The notes below the pieces were generated by a model, which saw nothing but the letters and a program-made list of their open reading frames with translations, did not search any database and was not told the origin of the DNA. 64,000 nt of DNA. Source: Amoebidium appalachense (Eukaryota > Protista > Ichthyosporea). The stretch lies in contig CAVNZM010000014.1 in the NCBI GenBank assembly GCA_963693365.1, forward strand, positions 4,898,001 through 4,962,000, in the 5' to 3' direction. A program made the translations under genes and the position numbers. Below, one piece after another: positions 59,163 to 64,000 of this stretch. Positions within the stretch are counted from its first letter, which is position 1. Each line of letters opens with the position of its first letter.

Positions 59163-60149
59163 TTGTGGCAGCCGAGATATCAACTTATCGTTTTCACTCC
59201 TGCCTTTAGTGTTTATTTGTATTTTTATACCTTTGGGTCGTCGACGTCCGTATTCCAGTGAGCCTACTTCTCATATGAGTGACTCGAAAATCGTCTCTCG
59301 AGATATCTGGGATATCTCTTTTCGTGTCCTTCGAACATATGAGGACATCAATCATTTGAAAGTCATTATAAAAAAAATATTTTCATAAGGCCCTACTGAG
59401 GCTCACTCAGGGGCTGTGGGAATTCCAGGATCGCATGCCCAATAAAAGAGATACATTTGATTGGTCAGTGTGGCTCAGCACACGTTACTCATCCCTCGAT
59501 TATAGACCTTCATGTGATCAAATAACAAACAAGAAAATGTCATAGTTTAGGCCTACATATACAGGTTTCTGTCGAGGACGATACTATCTAGAGCTCTACT
59601 ATCGAGGAAAACCTTACGCAGGTGGGGCGGCGCCGGTTTGTGTACAGCGAGTGTGCCGATTCTAATTAGCCAACGTCAGAAAGTTGTCCTGGTGTTGTTG
59701 TGTTGTATACCATACCAGCTGGTCCGGCTGCCCGGCAACGTGAACTAATTACGTTTACCCAGCATTTGTCTAATCTGTTTCTAGTACCTTGATGCATGGA
59801 GTATCAAGCCTTCTACGTTAGTCATACCTTGAGCACCACACCACACATTACGGTGTGCGTCTTTTTGCGTCCTTAGCACCCATGGCCACGTTCACTTGAC
59901 CCAAACCTAACATTCCTCGTCATTACTGGTCCGTTCTTAACTCAAACCAGTCATCTGAGTTTCCTTCTCTCTGAGCCATCTGTCGACCTGCACGGGTGCA
60001 TCGGAAAAGGTTCAAACAGGGATTTTTTCTTTGGAAGAAGGAAGTCACTTGGAGTTTGAAAGGTGGGACTACTGATGAGCTGAAACCAGGACAAGCCACG
60101 GAAGATTTGAAATTGAAGTTTTCTCGGCGTAGGCCGTCTGCTACTGAGA

Positions 60150-63379
<3,230 letters not shown>

Positions 63380-63534
63380 GTATGATTGGCTCTTGTTTTC
63401 AATGTCAGATAATGATTGGTTTGGTAGTCGGTAGATCATTTTTTTTTGTGGTGCTCGAAAACCCTCCGGATTGCTAACCCGAAGTTCTTTACGTGGAATA
63501 CTCCACACCTGATTACACATGTATGCACATACCT

Positions 63535-63576
<42 letters not shown>

Positions 63577-63878
63577 CCCTTCCCCCCCATTTTTTCCCTC
63601 TCCACACGCCCAGGCACTTTCCTTTTTTTTTCCTTGAAAAATAGTGACTTTCTCTCTATTCTCCCCCCCCCCCCTCCTCCCCGCTCCTCTCCCCTCCCCT
63701 CCCCCCCCCGGTCTGCTACTCGCTGTCCCCACCCACCCTCCCGTGATCTTTCACACTTACATGCATAATTTGCAACAGTATTACTGCTCGTTTGACTTGC
63801 TTCTTTCTAAAAAATACGCAAACATGCGTTACAGGCGAGGGCACATGGCGAGGCATTCAAATGTGGCTACCACATATG

Positions 63879-64000
<122 letters not shown>

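Larger units (their letters stand above)
57064..59395. mobile_element. Non-autonomous composite hAT-type DNA transposon
   Basis: TIR YAGGGCCTTATGAAAATAT (57064-57082 / 59377-59395). Perfect 8-bp TSD CTGAGGCT (57056-57063, 59396-59403). Subterminal CCCTGARTATC and GATATATC motifs. Confidence 0.9.

Overview
This is eukaryotic genomic DNA, not prokaryotic or viral. It has intron-rich genes whose introns are packed with poly-C/poly-G, (CA)n and (CT)n tracts, so most ORF-track entries are low-complexity artefacts. An animal-type tRNA-iMet primer site and a Cu-only-SOD-repeat-like gene suggest a holozoan protist (inference). Genes I assembled by hand from GT-AG junctions: a small RVxF/PP1-regulator-like ORF (-); a 13-exon type I membrane protein with two His-depleted SOD-like domains (-); an F-box/LRR gene (+); an 8-exon secreted, bacterial-looking GH36/clan-D glycosidase (-); a CofD/UPF0052-family gene (-); and the 5' part of a PITP gene (+). 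Mobile DNA includes two near-identical, inverted, 5'-truncated copies of an APE-RT LINE whose TSD-defined 3' end is ...GTAAACCCC, about 200 nt beyond an internal poly(A). There is also a second retroposed family ending ...TTCAAACCCC inside poly-C tracts, a TRIM-like LTR relic with a tripartite tRNA-iMet PBS, two non-autonomous hAT elements with perfect 8-bp TSDs, and a tRNA-SINE dimer. All calls come from reading the sequence; no searches were run.
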